Shown piece by piece: positions 38,720-51,503 of a DNA stretch of 64,000 nt (its first letter is position 1; each line of letters begins with the position of its first letter). Source of the DNA: Camelus ferus (Eukaryota). The stretch lies in contig NC_045707.1 of NCBI RefSeq assembly GCF_009834535.1, positions 63,366,001 to 63,430,000 of the forward strand, read 5' to 3'. A program made the translations under genes and the position numbers. The notes below the pieces were generated by a model, which was given only the letters and a program-made list of their open reading frames with translations, made no database searches and was not told the origin of the DNA.

Positions 38720-39580
38720 TGACAATGACTAGTGAGTTGTTCTTGCCAAATCCATGCATCCTTCTTTCCAAGTTCACAGCTCTAGTTCATGGAGTTAGGA
38801 GTGGCCATGTGACTGAGTTCTAGCCAATGGAATATAGAGAAAAAATGAATACAGCTTCCAGGTTTCAGCCTTAATGAGCTTTCCTACCCAGTCCACCATG
38901 TCTCTTCTGCAACTGCAGGCTGAATGGAGAGGTCTCTGAGGTTGTAGAGGAAGATACAGGCAGATGCTTTAGGACCTGGTTGAATTCATAAATGAATGTG
39001 TGGAACACGGTCCGAATGCCGTGCACGTGAAAAATAACCTATTACTGTGTTAAGACTATTGAGATTTGAGGATTTATCTAATTTAGTAGCTAGAGTAACC
39101 TTCACTAGTACCCCCTCGACTCCTAAATCTGATTGAGTGGTGACCAGGTTAGAGAGTGACCATTTGGTTGCTATTCAGGAAACACTCATGAGCCTCTCCC
39201 TCTCATGCTGGGAAGACTATACTTCCTGCGTCCCTGATGTTGTGCGTGGACCCCACTGGCTGTGGCCAACGGCGTGCTAACAGGTGTGATGTAAACAGGC
39301 CTTTAAGTACTTGTGGCTGCTGATCTGCCTGAGAAAAGCATGCCCTGGGGAGCTACTCCTCTTCATCCTAAGCCCCTCAAGGAACACATATGTAGCAGAC
39401 CTGAACCCAACCTCCTGGAGCAAAGGCCATCTGGGCCACAGGTGGAAGCAGAGCCATCCAGTTGAGCCCTCCGTAGATCAGACCTGATTAACCTGATGAT
39501 CTGTGAACAAGAAAAGTAATAAGCTTGTTGCAAACCACTAAGTTTGGGGGTGGTTTGTTACAGCAATAGCTGATGGTACA
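38720..39580 (+). mobile_element. Two adjacent old LTR remnants (LTR16/33-like, then MLT1I/J-like)
   Basis: GGCCATGTGACTGAGTTCTAGCCAATGG; later GCAGACCTGAACCCAACC and CCACTAAGTTTGGGGGTGGTTTGTTACAGCAATAGCTGA. Confidence 0.55.
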
Positions 39581-39589
39581 GACAGGCAG

Positions 39590-39815
39590 CCTGAGTGTCG
39601 TGTGGTTAAGAGCGCAGCCTGTGAGGCCAGATTCTTCATGTCAAACCTCCATCGCTTACATTTCCCCGTGCAAGTTATTTAAACCAGCTTTCTCATTTAT
39701 AAAATGGGATAATAGTACCTAATAACAATAGTAGTAATAGTACCAATCTCATACAGTTAGTATTTATAAAGTGCTTGGAACAGTGCCTGGCACGGAGAAG
39801 CCACTGTAACAGTGT
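39590..39815 (+). mobile_element. MIR remnant
   Basis: GTGGTTAAGAGCGCAG...CAAGTTATTTAA...TATAAAATGGGATAATAGTACCTA...AAAGTGCTTGGAACAGTGCCTGGCAC. Confidence 0.7.
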
Positions 39816-41964
39816 CTGTGAGATAAATAAAACAAACCCCATTAACCTATGAATATGTCAGCAAAGTACCCCCATCAAGAATACGGTGATTTCTGTATTG
39901 GTTTTCCTGCCAGAGGATGCTCGAATTCCCCAGGGACATTCTTCCCTGTAATCAGAACGTTAAGAGTTCCATCTGTTGAAGTTTCCTTCCGATGAGGCAA
40001 ATGACCTGGATTTGAAATCTTGTTCAAAGACCTTGGGCACTGTGCCGGACACTGGGTCTCAATTCTCTCATCAGTAACCAGGGGCCTGAACAGTCCTTAG
40101 CTCTAGAGAAAACATTTTAGCACAATAAATAATTCTTATAAACACTTAATAAATGTTAATTGCTCTTAATTTGGCCAAACAGTTTTAAGGGCAATCAGGT
40201 CACCTTTAGCTTGTTAAGAAGTAGATTGTAACTTCAAAGTATTTTTTCTCTAAATTCACCAAACGATAACCTTTTCTGATCTATTTAAGGCAGAGTATAT
40301 TTTTAAGAAGAGCACTCAAAACCAACAAAAATAAACCTGCAGCAATTTCTCTCCTCTTCTACCACAAATCTCTTTAGCTTTTATTTTCATTTTGTTCTGA
40401 TATGTCAGTATAATATAAATCATGAAAATCATAAAGTGATCCCTAATACTATGTCTGTGTTATCTCCTCTTTATTTTTATGTAAATAATGTTGTCTCTAC
40501 CTTCTATTTACTAACAATATTTCTGGTATTAATCAAAAACAGCCCTCAGATCACATTTAACTCAACAGCAATTTAATTTAAAAGGTAAGAGATGTGGCTT
40601 ACACGCGATACTCAGCCACAATGTGTATATCTTTTTACATGAAAATAACCTTAATTTGCCTGCTTGACTGAGAAAAGAAATAAAAAGAATGATTGCTATA
40701 AATCAGGAAAAATTCATAACTTGCTGGAGGTGTAACAGCTGCTGATTTAAGGTTTGCATCTTTGATAACATGATGCTGCTGGGAAGATAACATCTTTTGA
40801 CAAAGCTGTGAACATAAAAATTACAAGGCTTTATTCAACATTTAAATATTTTCTCAGTAGCACTTACAGAAAAAAATATTTCTTTTATCCACTTATACTA
40901 AAATGTGCTTAAAGTATACCGTATCTCATCGGCAAGCTGTGTAATAAAATCTCACGTTTCCTTGTCCCATAGGTATACAGTGGAGGTGGACTTGTCCACC
41001 ATAAATAAAAATTACTTAAGTTATCCCCGGTTTAGAGAAATGGTCTGCTATTATTATTCCTACCACTGGTAACACCAGCACTGAATCGAGCCTCCACTTG
41101 GGATATTACTCATTTCTTTTATTACCAGCTAGAAGTAGGTGACTGAAAATTTAGGTGACAAAATAAAGCAAGTATTGAGTTGACTGGGGAAAAGTATCTG
41201 CAAAGCGGAATCTCGAAAACGTGTAAGAGAGAATAACTTTGCCACGCAGTTAGGAACAATAGCGGTGTTTTGATTTATCTAAAGGCTGCTGCATTGTTGC
41301 AAAGGTTCTTGCACTGTTGACTGGCAAACTGTGAAGTTTCATGCTGAGGTTTTGTGCTCCTTAGGTATCAGTGAAACGCAGATCATCAGGGAAGTGCCAA
41401 GAATGATGCTAGTCATGGCCTTGTCGCTCTTTTGTTACTCTTCAACAAAACTCCATCTGCTTCCTTTCTCCTATGAATTGCACTGAGAAAGTCAGATTTG
41501 CTTCTTATTTTTTAATATTTTTTTCTTTAAATGCTTCTTTTACCTAAGACTATCTTGCATTGTCATTGTAACCCATGTGTAACCCCAACCCTGCAGTCAT
41601 CAGAGTCACTTTTTCATCTGAATATTCGGATAAAAGGATCTGATTGCCCATGTCCCACGCTGGGGGAAGTCCAGAGCCTTCTTTGCCCCCCTGAGAACTG
41701 GGGTAGAGTTGCTTACAGTTCTGCTGGCTAACTCTCACTCTTCTATTTTACTTGGAATTCTTGCTTTTGCTTCATTCTTGATCCTACCAGCAGTTTCTCC
41801 TCCTGGAGCAACTATCGTCTCTCTCTACCATTTCATCCCAAGTTGGACACCACTCCTGGTTCCTTGTCCAAAGCATCATTACTCAAGGTTGTGTGTACAA
41901 CAGGGTGTTATTGGAGGCTTCAGGAGAACATAAAGCAGCTTTAAGTTGAACGTGGAACATCACA

Positions 41965-42385
41965 GCTCATTCATTTACTTATTTGTTCAATTAATATTTA
42001 GTAAATACCTACCAGGTGCAGGCACGATTCAAGATCATGGAGACACAGTAGTGAACAAAATATTTTTAAAAATATCTTGCTTTTATAGAACTTACATTCT
42101 AGTTACCAGAGAGAGAAAGAAACAAAATGAACAGGTGAAATGTATGTCCTAGAATGGTGTTGTCAAGAAAAATAAAGTAGGGGAGGTAGAGGGACCTTTG
42201 GGGAGGGAGCGATTTTAAGTAGGGTGGTAGAGGACTTACTGTAACAGTGTTACTTAGGTAAAGATAGGAAAGAAATAAGGGAAGAAGCCATGGAGATAAG
42301 TTTGGAAAGAGTGCTTTACGTAAAGAGAACAGCAAGTGCAAAGGCCCTGAGATGGGAGCTTCCCTGGAACATAGTAGAATTCCAG
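41965..42385 (-). mobile_element. L2 3' remnant
   Basis: CATTCATTTACTTATTTG...CAGCAAGTGCAAAGGCCCTGAG. Confidence 0.7.
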
Positions 42386-42454
42386 CAAAGAGGATACTGA
42401 GGCTAAGTTCTTACATTTCTCACTCCCTAGACCCTTCTCCTCACTCCAGAGTCC

Positions 42455-42984
42455 TATATGAAATGTATTTCTTTATTTCTTGTATTCTTGAAGCTCTGGC
42501 ATCTGGAGCCTCCCTGACTGGAGAGAGACTGCCTTCCGGCGCTGGCCAGTTCTTACAGATAGTAAATTACTCTTCTCAAAGAGGACTTTTTGCACGAAAA
42601 TTAGCCAATCCAGAGCCCAAACTCAGGACCATCACCTCTACCTGACTTTTACACTCCAAAAGTCCAGGTGCTAGACAACGAGGGATTACCTATAGTCCAG
42701 AGCCCATCCAGTTATTCAAACGCTCCCATCCCAAACCCACTCAGCTGCTTATCCTGTCCCACCCACTCCTTCCTCGGAAAACCCCAGTAGAGGCTTTTGC
42801 CCATGCCTTCCCCTTCCTTCTGCTCCCGCCTGGCCCCGGTGCTTACTCACGTGGCCCTGCACAGCACGATTTCCCCTCTTCTCTTGGGAACTGGAACAAA
42901 CTATCTATCAATGGCAATCATCTCCTGATCTGTTGGCCACACTATACCTGGATAAATCCCAAATCCCAGGTATATTTTAAGAGA
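42455..42984 (+). mobile_element. ERVL solo LTR (MER74A-like)
   Basis: CTGGCATCTGGAGCCTC...GAGACTGCC...AGCCAATCCAGAGCCCA; 5-bp TSD AGTCC at 42450-42454 and 42985-42989. Confidence 0.75.
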
Positions 42985-44501
42985 AGTCCCTACCCAGCAG
43001 CCTGCAGACACCTCACAGAATCTTTTTAGCCCTCAGTAGAGGAACAGTGACCATCTTCTCTCCAGTAACAGCTCCTGTTCAGACCAGGTCTTGAGGTCTA
43101 CCTTGGTCTAACTAAGAGGCACCTTAATTAGCTTTCCTACACAGAATTCAAGTCTTCCTATGGCACAAAAATTCTACTTCACTTCTGATTATATGATCAG
43201 TCCTTCCTGCCATCACTCCGTGGCCTCATTCCAATCATCCCAGCCATTGAACCCCTTAATATACATGGTGCCTCCTGAGTCAGGAGTAATCCACCACCTT
43301 AGCTGTGAGCAGTGTGTTCACTAAGGAAGTGACCAAACCCAAGCCAAATATATCCTGTCCAGAAGATTTTGTGGCCCAAGAAAAAATGTGCAGTTTTTTC
43401 AGAGGTAACTGTCTAAGACCATATACAAGTTGGTTTCCCTGGAGGCTCCAGGTTGTGCATTGTCTGGGCTCTAAGAAAAACAATTGTCTGGTTTGATAAG
43501 ACAGAGGCATCTAAGGCAGAAATGGAGTCACGGGCCACCCTTACCTCTGGTTGTGAACTTAATAATGAGTTGGTTTTCCCAGCTATTGTACAAAAGAACT
43601 CTCATCAAACTTGATTTTCCTCTAAAAGTGGACGAGGTGAGGGGCTTCTTGGAGAATTTAAATTTTGTAAATACTGCATAACATACCACCTCCACAACCT
43701 TAGTGATTGTGCACATCAGAATACGGTAACTGTAATTTGAATGAAGAAAAAAAAAGGAAATAAATGCTAGAGCCAGTAAAAACCTGATCTCAAATATTGT
43801 GAGCATCTCAATGACTCAATGAAACGTGGACTGTTTTGTGTTTTGATGTTTACTTGTTAATTTTCATGCTTGTTCTTGGTTGTCAAATAGACATATATTA
43901 TTATGTGCTTTTAATTTCTGTTTTCTCAAAGAACAGTTAAAACTCTTAATAAGCTAAAATTCTGTCTGGTATTTGAACTAATTATTTGGCAATGACAGAT
44001 TTCTGACTTTCAAGTGTTGACAAATGTCCAGATTCCAAAAATGACAATATTATTTCTGTTACCCATTTTCTTCTCGCATGTTATGTTAATTCTTGGTCCT
44101 AAAATAACCCCAGTGTGTTATTTTTCAATTACATTTCTATAGAGTGATAAAAACAGAATCATGATTCATAGTAACAATATGTTTGCCTTAAAAAGACTTT
44201 TGTGCTACTGGAGGGAAAAGACTGCATATCTGTTTAATCCATTACCATATTTTCTGGTTTATAAGCTTCGGCAGTTTATAAGGCATAGTCAACTTTAAGC
44301 ATATGCTGGGGGTTGGGGAGAAGTTTATGGCAAGCAGAACAGAGGGAAAACATATCTTCCCACCCTGACAAGGCCCATAGGTCTTTCCACTAGGATGCTC
44401 TGAGAGCTTTTGCAGTCAGCCACTCTGGGGAAAGCTCCGGGCTCTGCGTGGGAAGCTCTGGAATTTGTTAGGATTATCTCTGTAGTCAAGTACCATAGGT
44501 T

Positions 44502-44520
44502 TTCACCATCTGGTGGCACC
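44502..44520 (-). promoter_or_regulatory. Candidate CTCF site
   Basis: Minus strand GGTGCCACCAGATGGTGAA; core CCACCAGATGG. Confidence 0.35.
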
Positions 44521-45329
44521 TACCAAAAATTATAGCCAGTTACCCTCCGTGAGATGCACTTTGTGTGTTTTGCTAAATAATTGACTCTTACATACAGATT
44601 TTATTTGACAGTGTGAATTTTCATATTCTGAATTGGATGTAATGAGATTGATCGATTAGAAAACAAGTTTTGGAAAACACGGATTATCGGTTATATCAGG
44701 ATCATGCCCGGATGCCAACCCATTCGTGTAAGAAAAAGCAGCTGTTGCAACAGCTGCTCCGTTAATCAAAATAGGGGTAATAAGGATGATAAGAATGCAT
44801 GGAAGCCCTGTGCTAATGGCAGGGTTAACGGTAACGAGAACACAAAGACTAGTATTCATGATCAAAACCTACAGGGGTCTGGGACAAGATTCATTAAACT
44901 TTCTGAAATATTTCATGATCGCAGTTTTTAAACTCTTTAGGACCTGAAGCCCTTATTTTCACTGACACCGCAGCTTTCATAACACAACTTTTGACAGCTA
45001 AAAATTTTCTAGGGACAAAACTATCAGGTGGTGGCTGACCAGGGACGCTCTTGCTAAGCACATCTACAAGCTGACAACACTGGCATGGTTTCATCTATTG
45101 CAAAAAAAATATCCATTTTTTCCCAGATCCCTTAAAATGAATATTGAGAAGTCCATCCCACTCTGTAACTCCATATTAGCACCTCATCTTTCTACTCTTT
45201 TAAATAGTTCTCATTGCCCTTATGGACCAAGTGTTTCTCCGGTGCCCATTCTGAAGATTTCCACCTCCCTCCTCTTCAACTCATATATATGGCTGTTAGA
45301 TATCATCTCCCTTTTTTTTTTTAATTTAT

Positions 45330-45900
45330 GAGTTTATTTCAGGCTATGTGTTAGTGTAAATAGTTAAGCTAATTTTAATTAAAAATCTAAGTAAGCTTTC
45401 ATAAGGCATGAACCAAATGATTTAGTAAAGTCCAGATATATTGCATCTACTGAATTCCTTCCATCCTTTCATCCACTTTGTAATTTGATCAAAGGAATGC
45501 AATTGAATATGCCTGGCATGATCCGTTCTGTATAAGGCCAGGGTGATTATCATCCAGGCATCCACTGCCCGCTTGATACATACATATAATACTTTTTTTT
45601 CTGTTATTTTATTAAGAATTTAAGATAATAATGGCCAGGAAGGCTTCTTTCTTTCATTCTTTCTTTCTGAAGTCTTTTTAACTTGGTTCCCATTGTTTTT
45701 GAAATGCTTTGGTTGCCCCAATCCCAAGAAATATTTCCCAATGGAAACATAAACGCAGCGGGTAATTTTCCTGGCAAGAAAGAGTGCTTTATTTAAACCA
45801 AACGTGCTTAATTGCTGTGTTCCATGTGTTCATTTAGCCTATCGAGTTCAAATAGCTTATTGATGTTATCATTAATCTTAGGTACCATTCTCATCTTTTC
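45330..45900 (-). mobile_element. Ancient CR1/L3-like LINE reverse transcriptase remnant
   Basis: 45450-45421 translates to VDAIYLDFTK (CR1 motif VDxIYLDFSKAFD), preceded by a GSCQ...IAF segment and followed after a frameshift by PYESLL. Confidence 0.7.
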
Positions 45901-48900
45901 AGCTAATTATTTCTTGATAGAATTATAAGAAAAATCTGTAGTTTCTGAATCATATGCCAATTCAGTCAGGGGTTATGTTTGTCGTCCATTTTACAGCAGT
46001 TTTAAATAGTTTATAACAACTCCATGACAAATTCGATTGTGCCAGCCTCAGCATATTTAAATGATGATTCTATTTGTCACTTGGGTACATTCTTTACAAT
46101 GGTAAGTCAAACCATTACTGGCTGGTCTCTGGAAATTCACAAATCAGCAATGAGGTTTACAGTTTATTTATTTTACATGATAAGTTGCAGTTGCAATCTG
46201 AATTTCTACTAATTAGAAGTAATTTCTATTTAATTTATATAATAATTCATTAATAGAACTGTCACTTCAAATGCATTGCTGTTAAAAAATCAGTTGGCCC
46301 TTTTAAAGAGTTTTCACAAAATAAAAGGACTGTTTCCATGCTTTTGTACATATAGGAGTCACAATAAGGATGTGAACAGCAAGGAAGAACGCTAACTTCT
46401 TTAGAACCCCTCGGGAGTGAAGTGTGCGAGCTAACGTAACCAGCTGCCCCTCATACTCAAAGAGCTAGGAAGTGTCACCATTCCTTATTACATCAAAGTA
46501 AATCTACCTCTGGACCCTCACTTGCCATGGTCAGCAGTGTCGGTCATTTTTAACAGCTCCCATTCCCCTCTTAGGAGGAAAACCCCTGAGCTTACATAAT
46601 CCTGAGGAAATAAAGGAAAGATCCTGGTCACCGTCGAGATGCTCATCGTGCCCACTCACTTGCCAAGGTGGACAGCTCTGCAGGTGGTACCCACAGCATC
46701 AGCACCCATCTCAGTTTTGCTTGCCTCTCTGACAACCCATAACGCACCCTCTCTGGGAGTTACAGCACCTCTTAGAAGACTTTGCGGAGAGACTCTGGTC
46801 TCCATCACCTAAGGAGCAGGCAGCCTCTGGTCCCTTCTTCTCTGAGGAACTCTCCCACCCCCTCAAAGTTCAAGCCTTAACTTTCCCAGCCTCTGGGGGA
46901 AAAAAAATCGCCTTTTTTTCTCTGGTCCTAGTTTTGTGGCACATCATGAAGCACTGGGCAATCAGACAGCCAAGGGCCAAGTCTCAAGACCACAAAAGAA
47001 ACTTAATTTTCGTGGTTTCTTTAGGAAGGCAATAACAGATCTCCCACCACCCACAGAGGAATGGCATGCTTCTGATAAATAGGAAAAAAGAAGCAGTACA
47101 GTTGAGTTTTCATACATCACTACCTTAAATGCTTAGTAACCCAGCTTTTACACACGGAAACCAACACAATCGGGTTTTTTTTCCCAAACCGGGACAAAAA
47201 GTTTTTGAATGAATTTCAGTGTCTATGTTTAAAGCTAACTTACATTTCAATACCATTACCCATTCCCATTTCCTGGCTTTCTTCTTTTTCCCTAACTCCC
47301 AAGACAGCTGGAGACAAATTACCACTGTGCGGAAAGCAGTTGGTATCAGGCTTCTAATAAACACAGATTATTATATGTAATGATAATTAATATTACATAA
47401 GCAATTCACTTGGTTAGAGGATGTGATACTCATGGGGCTAAGGTTACACATTCATTCCTTACCTGAGCCAATTAACTTCATGGAGAGAAAATTCTTTCTC
47501 CAGCAAGACTGCCCCCCTAAGTACAGCCAGCAGAGTAATTCAGATTTCAGAGAACATTTCCTGACAGTTGGTCAATTGTATCATTTTACTATATGACAGA
47601 CAGCCTACTATTATATTATTATTCACTGGGAAGAGGTGTATTTCTCTGCAGAACTTCTTGCAGGAATTTTATCAACAGGAGTAGGAAAGTTGACTTAGGT
47701 TCAGTGCAAATTATCAGCATCAAAGTAAACCTAAAATTACTCATCTCTAGTATTAATACACAATATAGAAGAAACATTAGAATTAAATGCTGAAACGCTG
47801 AGTGTGCTTACCGGATTTTTTAAAAGAAGAATGAAGATGATTAGAATGTAACCATTACATGTAGTTTCACTAGAGGAGAGATTCTGGCTAATAGCCACAC
47901 CATTAAGAGTGTTTATAACCCACCTTAATATTTTAATAATTGAATATTGCTGCAGAACACTCGTTAGTATGAAGCTGTATTTTATCAGTGAATTTTGCTG
48001 GGACTGAAGTAAAGTTTATTGACTGCTGTCTTTGTCTGAGTACCGCATGATGACAACCTAGGGGAACCATCAGTGTGATAAAAATCCTACAGAGAACCCC
48101 ACTCTTTCTTAAGAACACAGAACCTACTACTGCACCAAAACAGTAACCTCTCCCCACAACCTTCCACTGGGCAACCACGCGGCCTTGACGTTCCAACACC
48201 AAATTCCAAGCAAAAATAAAATTTTGCATTCACCAAAGTCCAGTTGGTGATACATAGCAAACTGGTGTGGGACATGAGATGACACTGAAAGATCCATCTG
48301 GCCAGGAGTGCTGGCCTCCCCATAGCATCATGGCCATTATCACTGGGCTCCACGTCATATGGTCGTTTCTTGAGTAGACATCACCTACAAAGATCCCAAG
48401 CTTTTTAGTGGCTTCCTGTCATCACAGCTGCCGGTCCACCCAAGGTGCATTTTTTTATTTGCAACCACAGTTATGAATATACATAGTTCTAGGGATTTGG
48501 TGCAAAGAGGGATGAATTATAGCACGTGCTTGGACTGCAGTCTTAAAACTGAGAGCCTTGAGTTATTTTGTCCCAATGGGGAAAAAAATATGTATTTTAA
48601 AAACAGATACATTCATGACGTGATAAAAGCAAAAAAGGAAAGAGGGTAGAAAATAAGTTAAAAATTAAGAATGATGTTAGTACATACAAGGCATTCTATG
48701 CCATCCCATCAGCTTGCTGGCCATAGGTCAAAATTTGACTCTAAGCTTTCATTTGCCCAACACAAAAGGGAAAACATGATGAGATGCATGACTCAAAGTG
48801 AGTAGTACTCAAGAGAAACTGAAGCATCCCAGTATTGATTCAGAAATAAATGCATGTCATTAGTCTGCAAAGAAGACCCTCTGTGATGTGAGTAGCTTCC

Positions 48901-50799
48901 TCAATACTACGTTTGTAGAAAATGAAAATGCAGTGTCGAGTTTCAGGACAGCCCAGTGGCGCCGTACTAAAGCTTAATTCAGCAAAAGTGGTTCTTACTG
49001 GGATGCATCAATGAGGTAGTCTGGCTTAATTAAAATAAGGGAAAAAGATTTTCAGACATGTCTCCTGTAAGGGAGGAACACCCGCTAGAGAGCTTTTTGG
49101 AAACTTTGAGAGGTTGGGAGTTTTTTGGTTGTTTTTGCAATGTCTGTGGGGCACTTTAGGCATTTGGTGGGAAAAAGCCAGAGGTGCCAGACATTCTCAA
49201 TGCATGGGAGAATCCCAGCCAGTAGAAGATTTTTTTCACGTCACCATACTTTTAACATGTCTTCCCGACATTCAACTACTGAATACACGCTTGGATGTTT
49301 GGTGGCATTCAAGATGGGAAATATGTTTTCTGTGTTATTTCATCACTGACCCATCTATGTCATATAAAAGAAATTATTTTTATATTACAGTTATAACTAA
49401 GAGCTCCTTTACTAATTCTTCATTTTCTCCATTTCAACAGTTTGTAATTTGCTATGGCATTCTTATCCATACCTTGTCAAAGGCTTTCTTTTTTTTCTTT
49501 TCATTTACATATAAGTCAGCTTATTATTACTCATTATTCCACTAGTTTTAATTAGGGTTCCCTCGCTTCTCTGCCCTTTCATTTTCCTTTCCATATACAG
49601 AATGGCTTCTGACATTTTATCTAAAATCCAAGTATTCATCATAAGTAGCTGCAAGCATCTAACTATGTCATTATGTTTTCTCGTATAAAAATGCCTGAGC
49701 ACTTACATATTAATATGTATTACACATTATTTTATTATACATTACATAATATATGTATATATATTTTTCTTTTTCCTTTATTTTATAGCTAAAGCATATT
49801 GCTCTTTTTAAATCATATTCTTTTTCAAATTAAAATACATTCTTTTATGATACTTTATTATCTCTGAATTTCATTTCATGATAAAAGAAAAAGGGAGAAA
49901 TATAATTTGTTATGAAAAGAGACCTTTGAGTATGATAAGGTCCACTTGTAGGGATAGGAAATTCTTGCAAGGAAGACAGACCAGCATCACAATTCTCGAT
50001 TGCATACCTACTTAAGCAGCTCATGAGCTGATCTGCACGCTCGCCAAAGCAGACAAGGGCAAAGGCATCCGAGTGAAGTAGAGTGAAGTTGGGGAGCGGG
50101 GTCACTGGACTAGCCTGCAGCTCTGCATTTGAAGTGGCAGGGACTTAAGGATGCTTGCATTTTCAGTGGGAGGGAACACCAAAGGAGGTAACGGAAGGGG
50201 CTGTCTGACAAACAAGGGAGCCCCGGCAGCAAGAGGCTCTAGGCCAGACCACTGGGGTCCAAGGCTGATGGGGCTCGGGAGAGGCCTTTCAGGAGCCCAT
50301 CCCCCATGTCAGGGATGATGCCGTGGAGACTTTCCCTGAGGCCCTTGAAGAACAAACACATACATCCTATGGGGAGCCAGGCTTTGGGTGCCTGTGACAC
50401 AGAAGCCATCAACTGTAAAGGGAGGACCACAGCAGTGCTATTTAATTTCCACTCTCCCCATCCTTCTTGCCAGACGGGAACACCCCCAAAGGATACAAAG
50501 GCCCAGAAAAGAGGGGAAGGCAGAAGATAGGTTCCTCCCCCTCCCTTAGCAAGTCTCCCTCCCTGGTCAAGGGCAAGTTAGAGAAGAGGCAGTGCTTTGA
50601 ACTGGATGTAAGATAGAATCTTTCAAGTGAACTTTGTATCCCTGGAAGAGACTAGAAGGAAAAAAAATGGGATCTGTCCAATCATAGGTAGGGGATAAAA
50701 AAAGGGCAATTCAACTGAATATGTCAAAAGTCAATTATTGGAGAAAAATTAAGATATTTTATATCTATATCTTACTGAGTTCATACTGCTGACTATACT

Positions 50800-50800
<1 letters not shown>

Positions 50801-50863
<63 letters not shown>

Positions 50864-50912
50864 CAGGCAGGCAGGCAGATAGGCAGACAGACAGGCAGAC
50901 AGGCAGATAGGT
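50801..50912. repeat. (AGAT)15 tetranucleotide STR with compound (AGGC/AGAC) tail
   Basis: Direct read; perfect AGAT array at 50801-50860. Confidence 0.95.
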
Positions 50913-51503
50913 AGAAGATACATTTCTATTAAGATAATGGCTCTATGACTTGTGGTTAAAAATTATTCATCCTTATTTAAAAAGTTGAACCACTTTTTAT
51001 CTAGTCCAACTAGACAGGACTATAACCCTAGATTAATACAGACAAGGATCAGAGCCTAACATTCAAAGTTGTCCTTGAACAGTCATGGGAAAAGATGCTC
51101 CTCTCTGCCTGCTTTATTTGGTTTGAGTGTTTAAGTCAACTGTGCATAAGCTTTACTGGCCGGAGAATCCAGATTGCTACAAAATGCAGAGTTGTTAACC
51201 TTGGGTTGCAAAACCAGGGAAAATAAATCTGCAGATGTCTGCTGAATGCTGAGCTTCCACAAAATCATCACCAAATTCAGGAGACTGTCTCATACAATCT
51301 CACCTCATTTTCTGATTTTACAGCTAAACTGAGGCTTTCCCACATGGATTAATTATACTCGAAATTTTTAAGCCATGAAAGGAGATGATAAGAATATTTC
51401 AATTTGATGAGATCCCAATTGCCTCTTTTAATTTGTTTCTCACATTGGCTCCTGAGGCAGAAATTTTTTCAAGTGGTCAGAAAACAACAGATTATCTCCT
51501 GTG

